This document shows positions 1-8,336 of a stretch of DNA of 64,000 bases, piece after piece; positions within the stretch are counted from its first letter, which is position 1; every line of letters starts with the position of its first letter. The stretch is from Rhodobacterales bacterium (GTDB lineage: Bacteria > Pseudomonadota > Alphaproteobacteria > Rhodobacterales > Rhodobacteraceae), in assembly GCA_021155205.1 (NCBI GenBank), contig JAJNPS010000016.1:9927-73926 (forward strand). The letters are read 5' to 3'. The notes beneath the pieces were generated by a model. The model did not search any database. It was given only the letters and a program-made list of their open reading frames with translations, and was not told the origin of the DNA. A program made the position numbers and the translations under genes.

Positions 1-34
1 GACCGGTGTTGTGGATGGGCTTGAAATACGCCTG

Positions 35-60
35 CGTCCGCCCGCTGTTGTGCGGGCGGA
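35..60. other. GC-rich hairpin (9-bp perfect stem, 8-nt loop)
   Basis: Read directly: GTCCGCCCG (35-43) pairs with CGGGCGGAC (52-60). It lies just downstream of the stop of the minus-strand small ORF ending at 100. The trailing T-run on the minus strand is weak (TATTT), so a terminator role is tentative. Confidence 0.4.
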
Positions 61-99
61 CTATGTGGCGCGCGTGTCTGCTTTGCTCAACGGCAGCAT

Positions 100-243
100 C
101 TAGCGGTTCAATTCGGCATATTTGAGCCACAGCCTGCGCACTGCGTGGTCGCCTTCGATGTCTTTCGGGCGCTCGTGCTTGGGATAGGGCAACGGGCTTT
201 GGCGCACCGCGAGCAACAGGGCATCTGCAAAGATCGTCAACAT
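100..243 (-). CDS. Small hypothetical protein (47 aa from the ATG at 243; the ORF track extends it to 285, 61 aa)
   Basis: The internal ATG at 243 is preceded by a strong SD (GAGGAG, 250-255, minus strand). The upstream start at 285 has no SD. It is divergent from the LysR gene. No recognisable motif, and third-position GC is lower than in neighbouring genes. Confidence 0.3.
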   Translation of the reverse strand: MLTIFADALLLAVRQSPLPYPKHERPKDIEGDHAVRRLWLKYAELNR

Positions 244-341
244 TTTCTGCTCCTCTTTGATGACTTCATACAGCCCTATTGCCATAGTTTTCGTGAAATT
301 GAGAATCAGAAAGCTTTATGAAATGATAGCTGAACTAAACT

Positions 342-1217
342 ATGGCAACTGACTGGCGCGCCATGCCCGCCTTGACTGCCTTGCGCGCCTTTGCGGCGAC
401 GGCAGAACTGCGCAGTTTTTCACAGGCGGCGCGCGCATTGAACGTGACGACGGCAGCCGTCGCACAGCAGGTGCGCGGACTTGAGGACCACCTGGGAATT
501 GGCCTTGTCCAGCGCGATGGTCGGGGCATGAGCCTGACCGCAGAAGGCGCACAGCTTGCCGCAGCCCTGGCTGAGGGCTTTGCCGCCTTTGCGCGTGGTG
601 TCGAGGCGCTTCGCAGCGGCGGACTGGATCGTCCGGTCAAGGTCACGCTAACGGCCAGTTTTGCCGCCCAGTGGTTGATGCCGCGGCTGCGCGACTTTTG
701 GGACAAGCATCCAGAGGTCGGGCTGTCGCTGCACCCTGACAGCCGCGTGATCGACCTGCACCGAGACGGCGTCGATGTCGGCATCCGCTATGGCTTGGGC
801 GTCTGGCCGGGGGTCGAGGCGCGATTTCTGGCATCCGCACGGCTGGTGGTGGCAGGCGCCCCGTCTATCCTGAACGACCGGAAAGTCGGCGATCCTGCAA
901 CTCTTGCCACAATGGACTGGATTCTTGCGCCGAACTGGCCCGAGCAGGACGACTATCTGCGCAGCCTTGGCCTTGACCCGGCCAAACTGTCGCGCAGCAC
1001 CTTTCCGAACGAAGAATTGTCGATCGCCGCCGCGCGCGAAGGGTTGGGGCTGATCGTCGAAAGCATCGCGCTGGTGGAATCCGACATCCGCGAGGGACGC
1101 CTTTTCATGGCTCACGACAGCCGCGAAACGCTGCCATCGTATTTCGTCGTGACCTTGCCGGGACCACAGCGCGCAGCGACCCGAACCTTTCTGAAATGGC
1201 TCGGATCGCAAAGCTAG
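342..1217 (+). CDS. LysR-family transcriptional regulator (GcvA-like N-terminus)
   Basis: N-terminal HTH pattern ALTALRAFAATAELRSFSQAARALNVTTAAVAQQVRGLEDHLG plus a typical LTTR substrate-binding body. The true start may be the ATG at 363 (MPALTALRAF...). The dyad ATAG-N10-CTAT (326-343) sits at or just upstream of the start. Its position next to hvrA/regA matches hvrB of Rhodobacter capsulatus. Confidence 0.85.
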   Translation: MATDWRAMPALTALRAFAATAELRSFSQAARALNVTTAAVAQQVRGLEDHLGIGLVQRDGRGMSLTAEGAQLAAALAEGFAAFARGVEALRSGGLDRPVKVTLTASFAAQWLMPRLRDFWDKHPEVGLSLHPDSRVIDLHRDGVDVGIRYGLGVWPGVEARFLASARLVVAGAPSILNDRKVGDPATLATMDWILAPNWPEQDDYLRSLGLDPAKLSRSTFPNEELSIAAAREGLGLIVESIALVESDIREGRLFMAHDSRETLPSYFVVTLPGPQRAATRTFLKWLGSQS

Positions 1218-1223
1218 CCGGTT

Positions 1224-1538
1224 TCAGATCGCCAGGTCGCCTGCCGATTTGCCGGATTTCAGCGCCGCCTCGAACCAGCGCGGCTTGCGTCCTCGCCCGG
1301 ACCAGGTTTCGGACCTGTTCGCGGGATTGGCGTATTTCGGGGCGATGGGCGTGCGTTTGCGGCCCGAGGATGCACCCGTCAGTTCGGCCAAAGTGAAGCC
1401 CATGGCGCGGGCGCGCTCTTCCAGTTCTGCCAGAGCATCTTTTTTTCTGCGATCCTCAAAGGTCGCAATCGCCTTGGCAGTTTGGGAATGAAGCTCTTTC
1501 AGCTCTTTGAGGGTCATTGAGTTCAGGTCGATCGCCAC
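1224..1538 (-). CDS. hvrA: H-NS-like nucleoid-associated / trans-activator protein (HvrA-like)
   Basis: 104 aa with a coiled-coil N-terminus and the C-terminal H-NS DNA-binding signature TWSGRGRKPRW. It lies directly downstream of regA on the same strand, as hvrA does in R. capsulatus. Confidence 0.8.
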   Translation of the reverse strand: MAIDLNSMTLKELKELHSQTAKAIATFEDRRKKDALAELEERARAMGFTLAELTGASSGRKRTPIAPKYANPANRSETWSGRGRKPRWFEAALKSGKSAGDLAI

Positions 1539-1610
1539 GAATTCATCCTTTCAAGTCCATCAGACAGGAACTTATTAGGCGCACTCCAGGCAACTGGCAA
1601 TTGGCGCCGT

Positions 1611-2165
1611 TTATCTTGGGCTGCGCTTTGCCAATATGCGCTGCAATGTCCGGCGGTGCATGTTCAGGCGTCGCGCCGTCTCCGATACATTGCGGTCGCA
1701 CATTTCATAAACGCGCTGGATGTGTTCCCAACGCACGCGATCCGCTGACATCGGATTTTCCGGCGGTGCAGGAAGGGCATCGTTGCGCGACAAAAGGGCG
1801 TTTGTAATATCGTTTGCGTCGGCCGGTTTCGACAGATAGTCGATCGCGCCGATCTTGACCGCCGCGACCGCAGTCGCGATGGCGCCGTAACCCGTCAGAA
1901 CGACGATGCGGCAATCCGGGCGGCGGTCGCGCAAGGCTTCGACGACGTCAAGGCCATTGCCATCTTCCAGCCGCAGGTCGATGACCGCGTAGGCTGGCGG
2001 GCGCGTGGTCGCGATTTCTTTGCCGGACGCGACGCTTTCGGCGGTTTCGGGCAGAAACCCGCGTTTCTCCATCGCCCGGGCAAGTCGCTTCACGAACTGG
2101 TCATCATCGTCAACCAGCAGCAGGCTACAGTCCGCTCCAATCTCGGCCGCGCCAATATCCTGCAT
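1611..2165 (-). CDS. regA: Redox response regulator RegA/PrrA/ActR
   Basis: Receiver domain (LLLVDDDD..., VIDLRLEDGNGLD, LSKP) followed by the near-invariant RegA HTH tail NVSETARRLNMHRRTLQRILAKRSPR. Confidence 0.95.
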   Translation of the reverse strand: MQDIGAAEIGADCSLLLVDDDDQFVKRLARAMEKRGFLPETAESVASGKEIATTRPPAYAVIDLRLEDGNGLDVVEALRDRRPDCRIVVLTGYGAIATAVAAVKIGAIDYLSKPADANDITNALLSRNDALPAPPENPMSADRVRWEHIQRVYEMCDRNVSETARRLNMHRRTLQRILAKRSPR

Positions 2166-2223
2166 ACGTCAACTCCCCTTCACGCTTGAGACATCGGGTA
2201 GGTAGGGCGCAATCCCACGCACG

Positions 2224-2856
2224 TCAATTTTGCGCGACGGTTTCGGCGGCATCGACGAAACAGGCGACGCGATCCGCCATCGCGTCGGCCGTGGTCTCCC
2301 GGTTGAAATAGTCTGCAAATCCAATTCCCGGCAGCATGAGATAGGTATAGGTGGTGTGGTTCATCAGATAATATTCATCACCTGAATCCTCTTTGCTGTA
2401 GAGAACCTTATACGCCTGCGCGGCGGCCTTGATCTGATCTGCACTGCCGGTCAGCCCAACCATTTTCGGGTGCAGGCTGGCGGCGGTTTCTGCCATGACC
2501 GTGGGCGTATCCCGTTCCGGGTCGACCGTGATGAATACCGGGGTCGCGTCGATGCCGCGCTCTTCAAGGATGTCGACGGCCTCGGCATTGCGCGCATTGT
2601 CAAACGGGCAAATGTCGGGACAAGAGGTATAGCCGAAATAGACCAGCGACGGCTTTGTCAGAACTTCGGCATCGGTCACAGTGACACCCTGGCCGTTTAC
2701 CAGCGTGAACGGGCCGCCGATCGTTCCCGCAGGCTGGCCACCGCGACAGGCCGACAGGGCTTCCGGCGCGGTGCGGTTGATCCACCACCAGGCAAGCGAG
2801 CCACCCAGGAGTGCTGCGACGGCAATCGCCGACGCGGCCGCATAAAACTTGGTCAT
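2224..2856 (-). CDS. senC: SCO1/SenC/PrrC copper chaperone / thiol-disulfide oxidoreductase
   Basis: CxxxC copper-binding motif in GYTSCPDICP and an N-terminal membrane anchor (AIAVAALLGGSLAWWWI). Start chosen at the ATG at 2856 (MTKFYAAAS...). The 258-aa ORF-track version would run into the divergent regB gene. Confidence 0.9.
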   Translation of the reverse strand: MTKFYAAASAIAVAALLGGSLAWWWINRTAPEALSACRGGQPAGTIGGPFTLVNGQGVTVTDAEVLTKPSLVYFGYTSCPDICPFDNARNAEAVDILEERGIDATPVFITVDPERDTPTVMAETAASLHPKMVGLTGSADQIKAAAQAYKVLYSKEDSGDEYYLMNHTTYTYLMLPGIGFADYFNRETTADAMADRVACFVDAAETVAQN

Positions 2857-2958
2857 TCTGGCCTTTCCGCGGCTTGCCGCCAACATCGTCACGCATTGCC
2901 CCGTCTGTCGGGCGCGCGTAACAATGGCAAACTTCGCCCTTGTTCGCCAGAGCATCTG

Positions 2959-4347
2959 ATGTCCTTGCCGACGCTTGGCCTTTTTTCCCGTGACAATCAC
3001 AGCAATTGGCTGCGCCTGCGCACGCTGATCCTCTTGCGCTGGGTCGCCATTGCCGGTCAGATCGGGGCCATCACCATCGCCGACCGGGTCTATGGCATGC
3101 AGTTGCCGCTGGGGCTTTGCTATCTGGCGGTGGGAACGTCCGTCATCGCAAACCTGTTCTCGATCTTTGTCTTTCCCGAAAACAAGCGGCTTTCAAATCT
3201 TGAAGCGATGCTGACGTTGTTGTTCGATTTGTCGCAGCTGGCGTTTCTGATCCTGCTGACGGGTGGCCTGAACAACCCTTTTGCGCTTTTGCTGCTGGTG
3301 CCGGTCACGATTTCGGCCAGCGTTCTTGACCTCAGGACCACCATCATTCTGGCGGCGGCGGCAATCTTCTATGCGACGCTGGGGGTCTATTCGTATCTGC
3401 CGCTCCGGCTGGGCGATGGAACCGTCCTTGTCGTGCCGCGGCTGTTCGGGTTCGGATTCTGGATGGCGATCAGCATCGGCGTGATCTTCCTGGCGCTTTA
3501 TGCGCGGCGGGTGGCGATGGAGGTGCGTTCCATGTCGGACGCGCTGTTGGCCACGCAGATGGCGCTGGCGCGGGAACAAAAGCTGACCGACCTGGGCGGC
3601 GTCGTGGCGGCAGCGGCGCATGAACTTGGAACGCCGCTTGCCACCATCAAGCTGGTCAGCACCGAACTGATCGATGAGCTTGCCGACCGGCCCGAACTTC
3701 TTGAGGACGCCAGGCTGATCGGTGCCCAAGCGGATCGCTGTCGCGACATCCTGCGTGGCATGGGCCGGGCGGGCAAGGATGACCTGCAGCTTCGCCAGGC
3801 GCCGCTGGAGACTGTGATCCGCGAAGCGGCAGAGCCGCATCTGCAACGCGGGAAAAAGGTCGAATTCGGATTGATGCCGGGTGCAGGCGCGCCTGACCGG
3901 CAGCCAAACGTCCTGCGCCGCCCCGAGGTGATCCATGGTCTGCGCAATCTGATCCAGAACGCTGTCGATTTCGCCCGGACCACCGTCTGGATCGAGGCGG
4001 AATGGACGGCCGGCCGGATCTTGATCCGCATCATGGACGACGGCGACGGGTTTCCCCCGCAGGTGATCGGGCGGATCGGCGACCCTTTTGTGCGGTCCCG
4101 CCGATCCAGTCCAGATCTTGCCACGCGACGGCAGTACGAAGGCATGGGCCTTGGTCTTTTCATCGCCAAGACCTTGCTGGAGCGGACGGGCGCGGACCTG
4201 ACCTTTGCGAACGCATCCGACCCGTTCCTGTCGCCCGACGAACGGCCGGAGCGGTCGGGCGCGGTCGTCGAGGCAGTCTGGCAGGCCGGCGATCTTGTCG
4301 CACCGGCCGACCTTGCCAAGGGCGAAAACCGCCGGCACGAAACCTGA
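2959..4347 (+). CDS. regB: Redox sensor histidine kinase RegB/PrrB
   Basis: Start at the ATG at 2959 (MSLPTLGLFSRDNHSNWLRLRT...). Multi-TM N-terminus with the quinone-site heptapeptide GGLNNPF, H-box AAAHELGTPLATI, redox-box cysteine in QADRCRDILRGM, and C-terminal HATPase (DDGDGFP, GMGLGLFIAKTLLE). Divergent from senC-regA as in Rhodobacter. Confidence 0.93.
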   Translation: MSLPTLGLFSRDNHSNWLRLRTLILLRWVAIAGQIGAITIADRVYGMQLPLGLCYLAVGTSVIANLFSIFVFPENKRLSNLEAMLTLLFDLSQLAFLILLTGGLNNPFALLLLVPVTISASVLDLRTTIILAAAAIFYATLGVYSYLPLRLGDGTVLVVPRLFGFGFWMAISIGVIFLALYARRVAMEVRSMSDALLATQMALAREQKLTDLGGVVAAAAHELGTPLATIKLVSTELIDELADRPELLEDARLIGAQADRCRDILRGMGRAGKDDLQLRQAPLETVIREAAEPHLQRGKKVEFGLMPGAGAPDRQPNVLRRPEVIHGLRNLIQNAVDFARTTVWIEAEWTAGRILIRIMDDGDGFPPQVIGRIGDPFVRSRRSSPDLATRRQYEGMGLGLFIAKTLLERTGADLTFANASDPFLSPDERPERSGAVVEAVWQAGDLVAPADLAKGENRRHET

Positions 4348-4499
4348 CGACGGGTCGCTGCGGCTTCCCGACGCTGCCATGCCGATGTCGCCGCGCGGGG
4401 CCATTTTGGCCACAACTCCCGCTAAGGGTTAAGTCCGTATTAACCTTCTCATCCCAAAGCTGAATTTTGGGGGAAAGACTGCATGGGGACCGCGCGGTG

Positions 4500-6083
4500 A
4501 TGGATGCCGATTTCGGGCTGGCTTTTGGTTTGTTGACGACGGCTGTGCTGGCAAGCCTTTTTGGTCTATTGATCGTCTCGATCCTGAACGGCCCGCGCCC
4601 CCGCATCGGCAACAGCGTGTTCGGAATGAACAGCCAGGGGATCGTGTTTCTTTTCGACGGCGAAACCCTGATCGACGCAACACCGGCGGCACGCGCGCTG
4701 CTTGCCGACAGCCCGGTGCATGGAACACCCTGGACACAGCTTATGGCGCGCCTTGGCCCCCGCTTTGCCGATCTGGAAAAGACAGTGCTGGCACTGCCAA
4801 GGGAAGGCCAGGTCAGGCTACAGGGCGCACCGATGAAGGACGGCTCGGACGGACTTTCGCTGTTCGCGGAACTGGCGGGTGGCGTGACGAAAATCGCACT
4901 GTCGGACGGCAGCATCACGACCAGCACCGACGGTCCGTCGCCGTTGATGTACAAGGCGCAATCGGATGAACTTGGCGAATTGCGCCACATCATCGCCCAA
5001 AGTCCCGCGCTGATCTGGCGCGAGCGCGAGGATGGTGACGTCATCTGGGCCAATGCAAGCTATCTGATGCTGGTGGCAGAACGGCTTCAGCCCGGGCAGG
5101 ATCTTGGCTGGCCGCTGCCGCGCCTGTTCGACCGCATGGCCAGCGCGCAAGCGGCTTCAGGCCAGCGTCAGAGGCTGGATGTTCAGGGCGGCCCGCCCCG
5201 CTGGTTCGACATTGTCGGCACCGTTCAGGGACCGGATCGGCTGGTCTTTGCGCTGTCGGCGGACAGTGCGGTGCAGGCGGAAACGGCCTTGCGCGATTTC
5301 ATGCAGACGCTGACCAGGACCTTTGCAAATCTGCCCATCGGCCTTGCCGTATTCGACAGGAACCGCAAGTTGCAGCTGTTCAATCCGGCCCTGTCAGATC
5401 TGACCTCGCTGCAGCCGGAATTTCTGACTGCGCGCCCGTCGCTTGTCGGTTTTCTGGATGCGCTGCGGGAAAAATCGATGATCCCGGAACCGAAAGACTA
5501 TCGTAGCTGGCGCAAGCAGATGGTTGACCTTGAGGCTGCCGCATCCTCGGGGGTGCATGAGGAAACGTGGAGCCTGCCGGGCGGCCAGACCTACCGTGTG
5601 ATCGGTCGTCCGCACCCCAACGGGGCAGTTGCCTTCATGTTCGAGGACATTTCATCCGAAATTCTGCGCACGCGGCGGTACCGCGCCGATCTGGAGCTGA
5701 GCCAGGCCGTGATCGACATGCTGGAAGAAGGGATCGCCGTCTTTTCCTATTCCGGCAGCCTGGTCATGACCAACGCCGCCTATGCCGAACTGTGGGCACA
5801 CAACCCGTCCGAGGGTCTTCGCGATGTGTCGGCCGGGGCAATGGTCAGATTCTGGCGCGACCGGACAGCGCCGACCGCACTCTGGAATTCTGCCGAGGAC
5901 TATCTGGCCCTGCTTGGGGACCGGGATCCCTGGGACGGCGAGGCTCGGCTTACTGACGGGCGGCTGATGTCGTGCCGGTTCTCGCATGTCGCGGGGGGTG
6001 CCACGATGGTGACATTCCGGATGGTCGCGGCAGACGCGCCGGGTCTTTCCGTGCAGCAGGAAAGTGGACGACTTTCGGCCTAG
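4500..6083 (+). CDS. Membrane-anchored PAS-domain protein with no visible kinase/output domain
   Basis: The ATG at 4500 gives an N-terminal TM (FGLAFGLLTTAVLASLFGLLIVSIL). The ORF-track start at 4467 is a TTG. Repeated PAS-like segments are present (ALIWREREDGDVIWANASY; PIGLAVFDRNRKLQLFNPA; GIAVFSYSGSLVMTNAAYAELW). I see no H-box or N/G1/G2 boxes. Confidence 0.7.
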   Translation: MDADFGLAFGLLTTAVLASLFGLLIVSILNGPRPRIGNSVFGMNSQGIVFLFDGETLIDATPAARALLADSPVHGTPWTQLMARLGPRFADLEKTVLALPREGQVRLQGAPMKDGSDGLSLFAELAGGVTKIALSDGSITTSTDGPSPLMYKAQSDELGELRHIIAQSPALIWREREDGDVIWANASYLMLVAERLQPGQDLGWPLPRLFDRMASAQAASGQRQRLDVQGGPPRWFDIVGTVQGPDRLVFALSADSAVQAETALRDFMQTLTRTFANLPIGLAVFDRNRKLQLFNPALSDLTSLQPEFLTARPSLVGFLDALREKSMIPEPKDYRSWRKQMVDLEAAASSGVHEETWSLPGGQTYRVIGRPHPNGAVAFMFEDISSEILRTRRYRADLELSQAVIDMLEEGIAVFSYSGSLVMTNAAYAELWAHNPSEGLRDVSAGAMVRFWRDRTAPTALWNSAEDYLALLGDRDPWDGEARLTDGRLMSCRFSHVAGGATMVTFRMVAADAPGLSVQQESGRLSA

Positions 6084-6155
6084 GACATGGGCCTGACAGG
6101 CCGGGCGCCCGCCGAACCGGCTTGCGGCGCGGGCGGCGGCGGATAATGTTGCGCA

Positions 6156-6650
6156 ATGTCGACCCCGCGATCCCCGATCTTGACGCTCTGCCTTGCGACC
6201 GAGTCTGATACGGCGGCATTCGGCACCTGGCTTGCCGGGCATCTTGTGGCCGGGGACACGGTTCTGCTGTCGGGGCCGATCGGCGCGGGAAAATCGCATC
6301 TGGCGCGTGCCTTGATCCGGTCAAGGCTTGGTGATCCCGATGCCGAAGTCCCTTCGCCGACCTTTACCCTTGTGCAGACCTATGAGGCCCCGGACGGCGT
6401 GATCTGGCATGCCGATCTCTATCGGATCGGCCATCCGGACGAGGTCGGCGAACTGGGGCTGGACGCAGCATTCGACACCGCGATTGTGGTGGTCGAATGG
6501 CCCGAAAAACTGGGACACTGGCAGCCTGCCGACGCAATCCTGATCAACCTGGCACCGCAGGATGACGGTCGTATCGCACGGATCGACGCAGGCCCGCGCC
6601 CCGGAATGATCGCCGCGCTTCATGCGGATTGGCCTGTTCAGGATGGCTGA
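6156..6650 (+). CDS. tsaE: tRNA t6A37 biosynthesis ATPase TsaE
   Basis: 164 aa with P-loop GPIGAGKSHLARALI and the conserved SPTFTLVQTY / HADLYR motifs. Confidence 0.9.
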   Translation: MSTPRSPILTLCLATESDTAAFGTWLAGHLVAGDTVLLSGPIGAGKSHLARALIRSRLGDPDAEVPSPTFTLVQTYEAPDGVIWHADLYRIGHPDEVGELGLDAAFDTAIVVVEWPEKLGHWQPADAILINLAPQDDGRIARIDAGPRPGMIAALHADWPVQDG

Positions 6651-7659
6651 CCGCGCGGCCCTGGCAGGCAGGTTTCTTGTCGCGTCGGGCTGGGCTGGCG
6701 CGACGCGACGCACCATCGCCGGCGACGCCTCGGCCCGGCGCTACGAACGCGTGACCCTGGGACAGCGCAGGGCGATCCTGATGGACAGCCCGCCGGGTGC
6801 CGCCGACGATCCGGCGGATTTCGTAAAAATCTCTGGTCATTTGCGCGGCATCGGCCTCAACGCGCCCGAAATTCACGATGCCGACCTGTCGGCGGGGTTT
6901 CTCTTGCTGGAGGATTTCGGGGATGACACCTTTGCGCGCGTTCTGGCGCGCAGCCCCGACCTTGAAACCCGGCTTTATGCGCTGGCCTGCGACGTTCTTG
7001 TCAGGCTGCAGGCAGCGGGGAGACCTGACGGCCTTGCGGACCTTTCCGCAGATCACTGGGCCGATGCCGCGATGGTGGCGCTGGACTGGTACCGTTTTGC
7101 GGTGACAGGGGACAGGGGTGATACCGCATCCTTGCAGCATGTTCTTTCGGACGCGCTGCGCCGCTATGCCGACGGTCCGCGGGTCATGATCCTGCGCGAC
7201 TATCACGCGGAAAACCTGATGTGGCTGCCTGACCGCCAGGGTCTTCACCGGGCGGGGCTGCTCGACTTTCAGCTGGGGCAGCTGGGGCAGCCGGGGTATG
7301 ATCTGGTCTCGCTGCTGCAGGATGCGCGACGCGATGTCGCCCCATCCACCGAGGCGGACATCATCGCACGATTTTGCGCCGCGACCGGCGCCGACAATGT
7401 GGCGTTCGGGGAAAGCTATGCGGTTCTTGGCATTCAGCGGGCTTTGCGCATTCTTGGCGTCTTTGCGCGTCTTTGCCTGGCCGGGGGCAAACCCGGCTAC
7501 CTGGGCCTTGTCCCTCGCGTCTGGGCGCAGCTCCGGCGCAACCTGGACGCACTCGCTCTCGCGCCGTTGTCGGAACTGTGCGACAGCTTGCTGCCTGAAC
7601 CAACCACCGCCAACCTTGAGACCATTGCCAGAAAATGCGCGCAGATCCCCCCGCCCTGA
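6643..7659 (+). CDS. amgK: Aminoglycoside-phosphotransferase-fold kinase (AmgK-like anomeric MurNAc/GlcNAc kinase)
   Basis: APH-family motifs (ILRDYHAENLMWL, LLDFQ). The ATG at 6643 overlaps the tsaE stop by 8 nt. It lies directly upstream of a MurU-like nucleotidyltransferase. The AmgK name rests on this pairing, not on a search. Confidence 0.6.
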   Translation: MADRAALAGRFLVASGWAGATRRTIAGDASARRYERVTLGQRRAILMDSPPGAADDPADFVKISGHLRGIGLNAPEIHDADLSAGFLLLEDFGDDTFARVLARSPDLETRLYALACDVLVRLQAAGRPDGLADLSADHWADAAMVALDWYRFAVTGDRGDTASLQHVLSDALRRYADGPRVMILRDYHAENLMWLPDRQGLHRAGLLDFQLGQLGQPGYDLVSLLQDARRDVAPSTEADIIARFCAATGADNVAFGESYAVLGIQRALRILGVFARLCLAGGKPGYLGLVPRVWAQLRRNLDALALAPLSELCDSLLPEPTTANLETIARKCAQIPPP

Positions 7660-8336
7660 TGCTGATGGCCGCCGGGTTCGGCACGCGGATGGGTGCGCTG
7701 ACCGCGGCCTGCCCCAAGCCGCTGCTTGCGGTTGCGGGGCGCGCGCTGATCGATCACGCGCTGGCGCTTGCCGACGATGCCGCAATCACGCGCCGCGTCG
7801 CCAACACGCACTATCTGGGGCACCAGATCGCCGCGCACCTGCACGGACGCAACGTCGCGATCAGTGACGAGCCGGGGCAGATCCTTGAAACCGGCGGGGG
7901 TCTGCGCAAGGCGTTGCCGCTGTTGGGCACCAACCCCGTCCTGGTCCTGAACACGGATGGAATCTGGACTGGCCGGAACCCGCTGACGGCACTGATGCGT
8001 GCCTGGGACCCCGACCGCATGGACGGACTGCTGCTCGTCCTGCCGGGCGATCAGGCCGGCCGAGGGTTGCCGCATGACTTTACCCTTGGCGCGGATGGCA
8101 GGCTCAGCCGTGCCGGGCAGAAGACAGGCCATATTTATCTTGGCGCGCAAATTCTGCGGACCGACGATCTGGCCAACATCGCGCAGCCGGTGTTTTCGCT
8201 GAACCTTGTCTGGGACCGCATGCTTGCGCGGAACAGGCTTTACGGGCTGGTTCACCAGGGGCGCTGGTGTGATGTCGGGCGGCCCGAAGGCATTGCCACT
8301 GCCGAGGCCTTGCTCGCGCGTGACGCGGGTGTTTAG
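7659..8336 (+). CDS. murU: Sugar-1-phosphate nucleotidyltransferase (MurU-like)
   Basis: N-terminal nucleotidyltransferase signature MLMAAGFGTRMGALTAACPKPLL. TGATG overlap with the amgK stop. Confidence 0.6.
   Translation: MLMAAGFGTRMGALTAACPKPLLAVAGRALIDHALALADDAAITRRVANTHYLGHQIAAHLHGRNVAISDEPGQILETGGGLRKALPLLGTNPVLVLNTDGIWTGRNPLTALMRAWDPDRMDGLLLVLPGDQAGRGLPHDFTLGADGRLSRAGQKTGHIYLGAQILRTDDLANIAQPVFSLNLVWDRMLARNRLYGLVHQGRWCDVGRPEGIATAEALLARDAGV

Noticed and set aside
2-103. Open plus-strand frame ending in TAG at 101-103 (..TGVVDGLEIRLRPPAVVRADYVARVSALLNGSI*), a possible 3' end of an upstream gene
   Set aside because: Only 33 codons are visible, third-position GC is modest, no motif is recognisable, and the frame contains the 35-60 hairpin. 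It cannot be supported from this window alone. It might be real if the upstream sequence were available.
3193-4415. 406-aa and 305-aa minus-strand ORFs
   Set aside because: Antisense to regB, whose H-box and HATPase motifs fix the true frame. Shadow ORFs.
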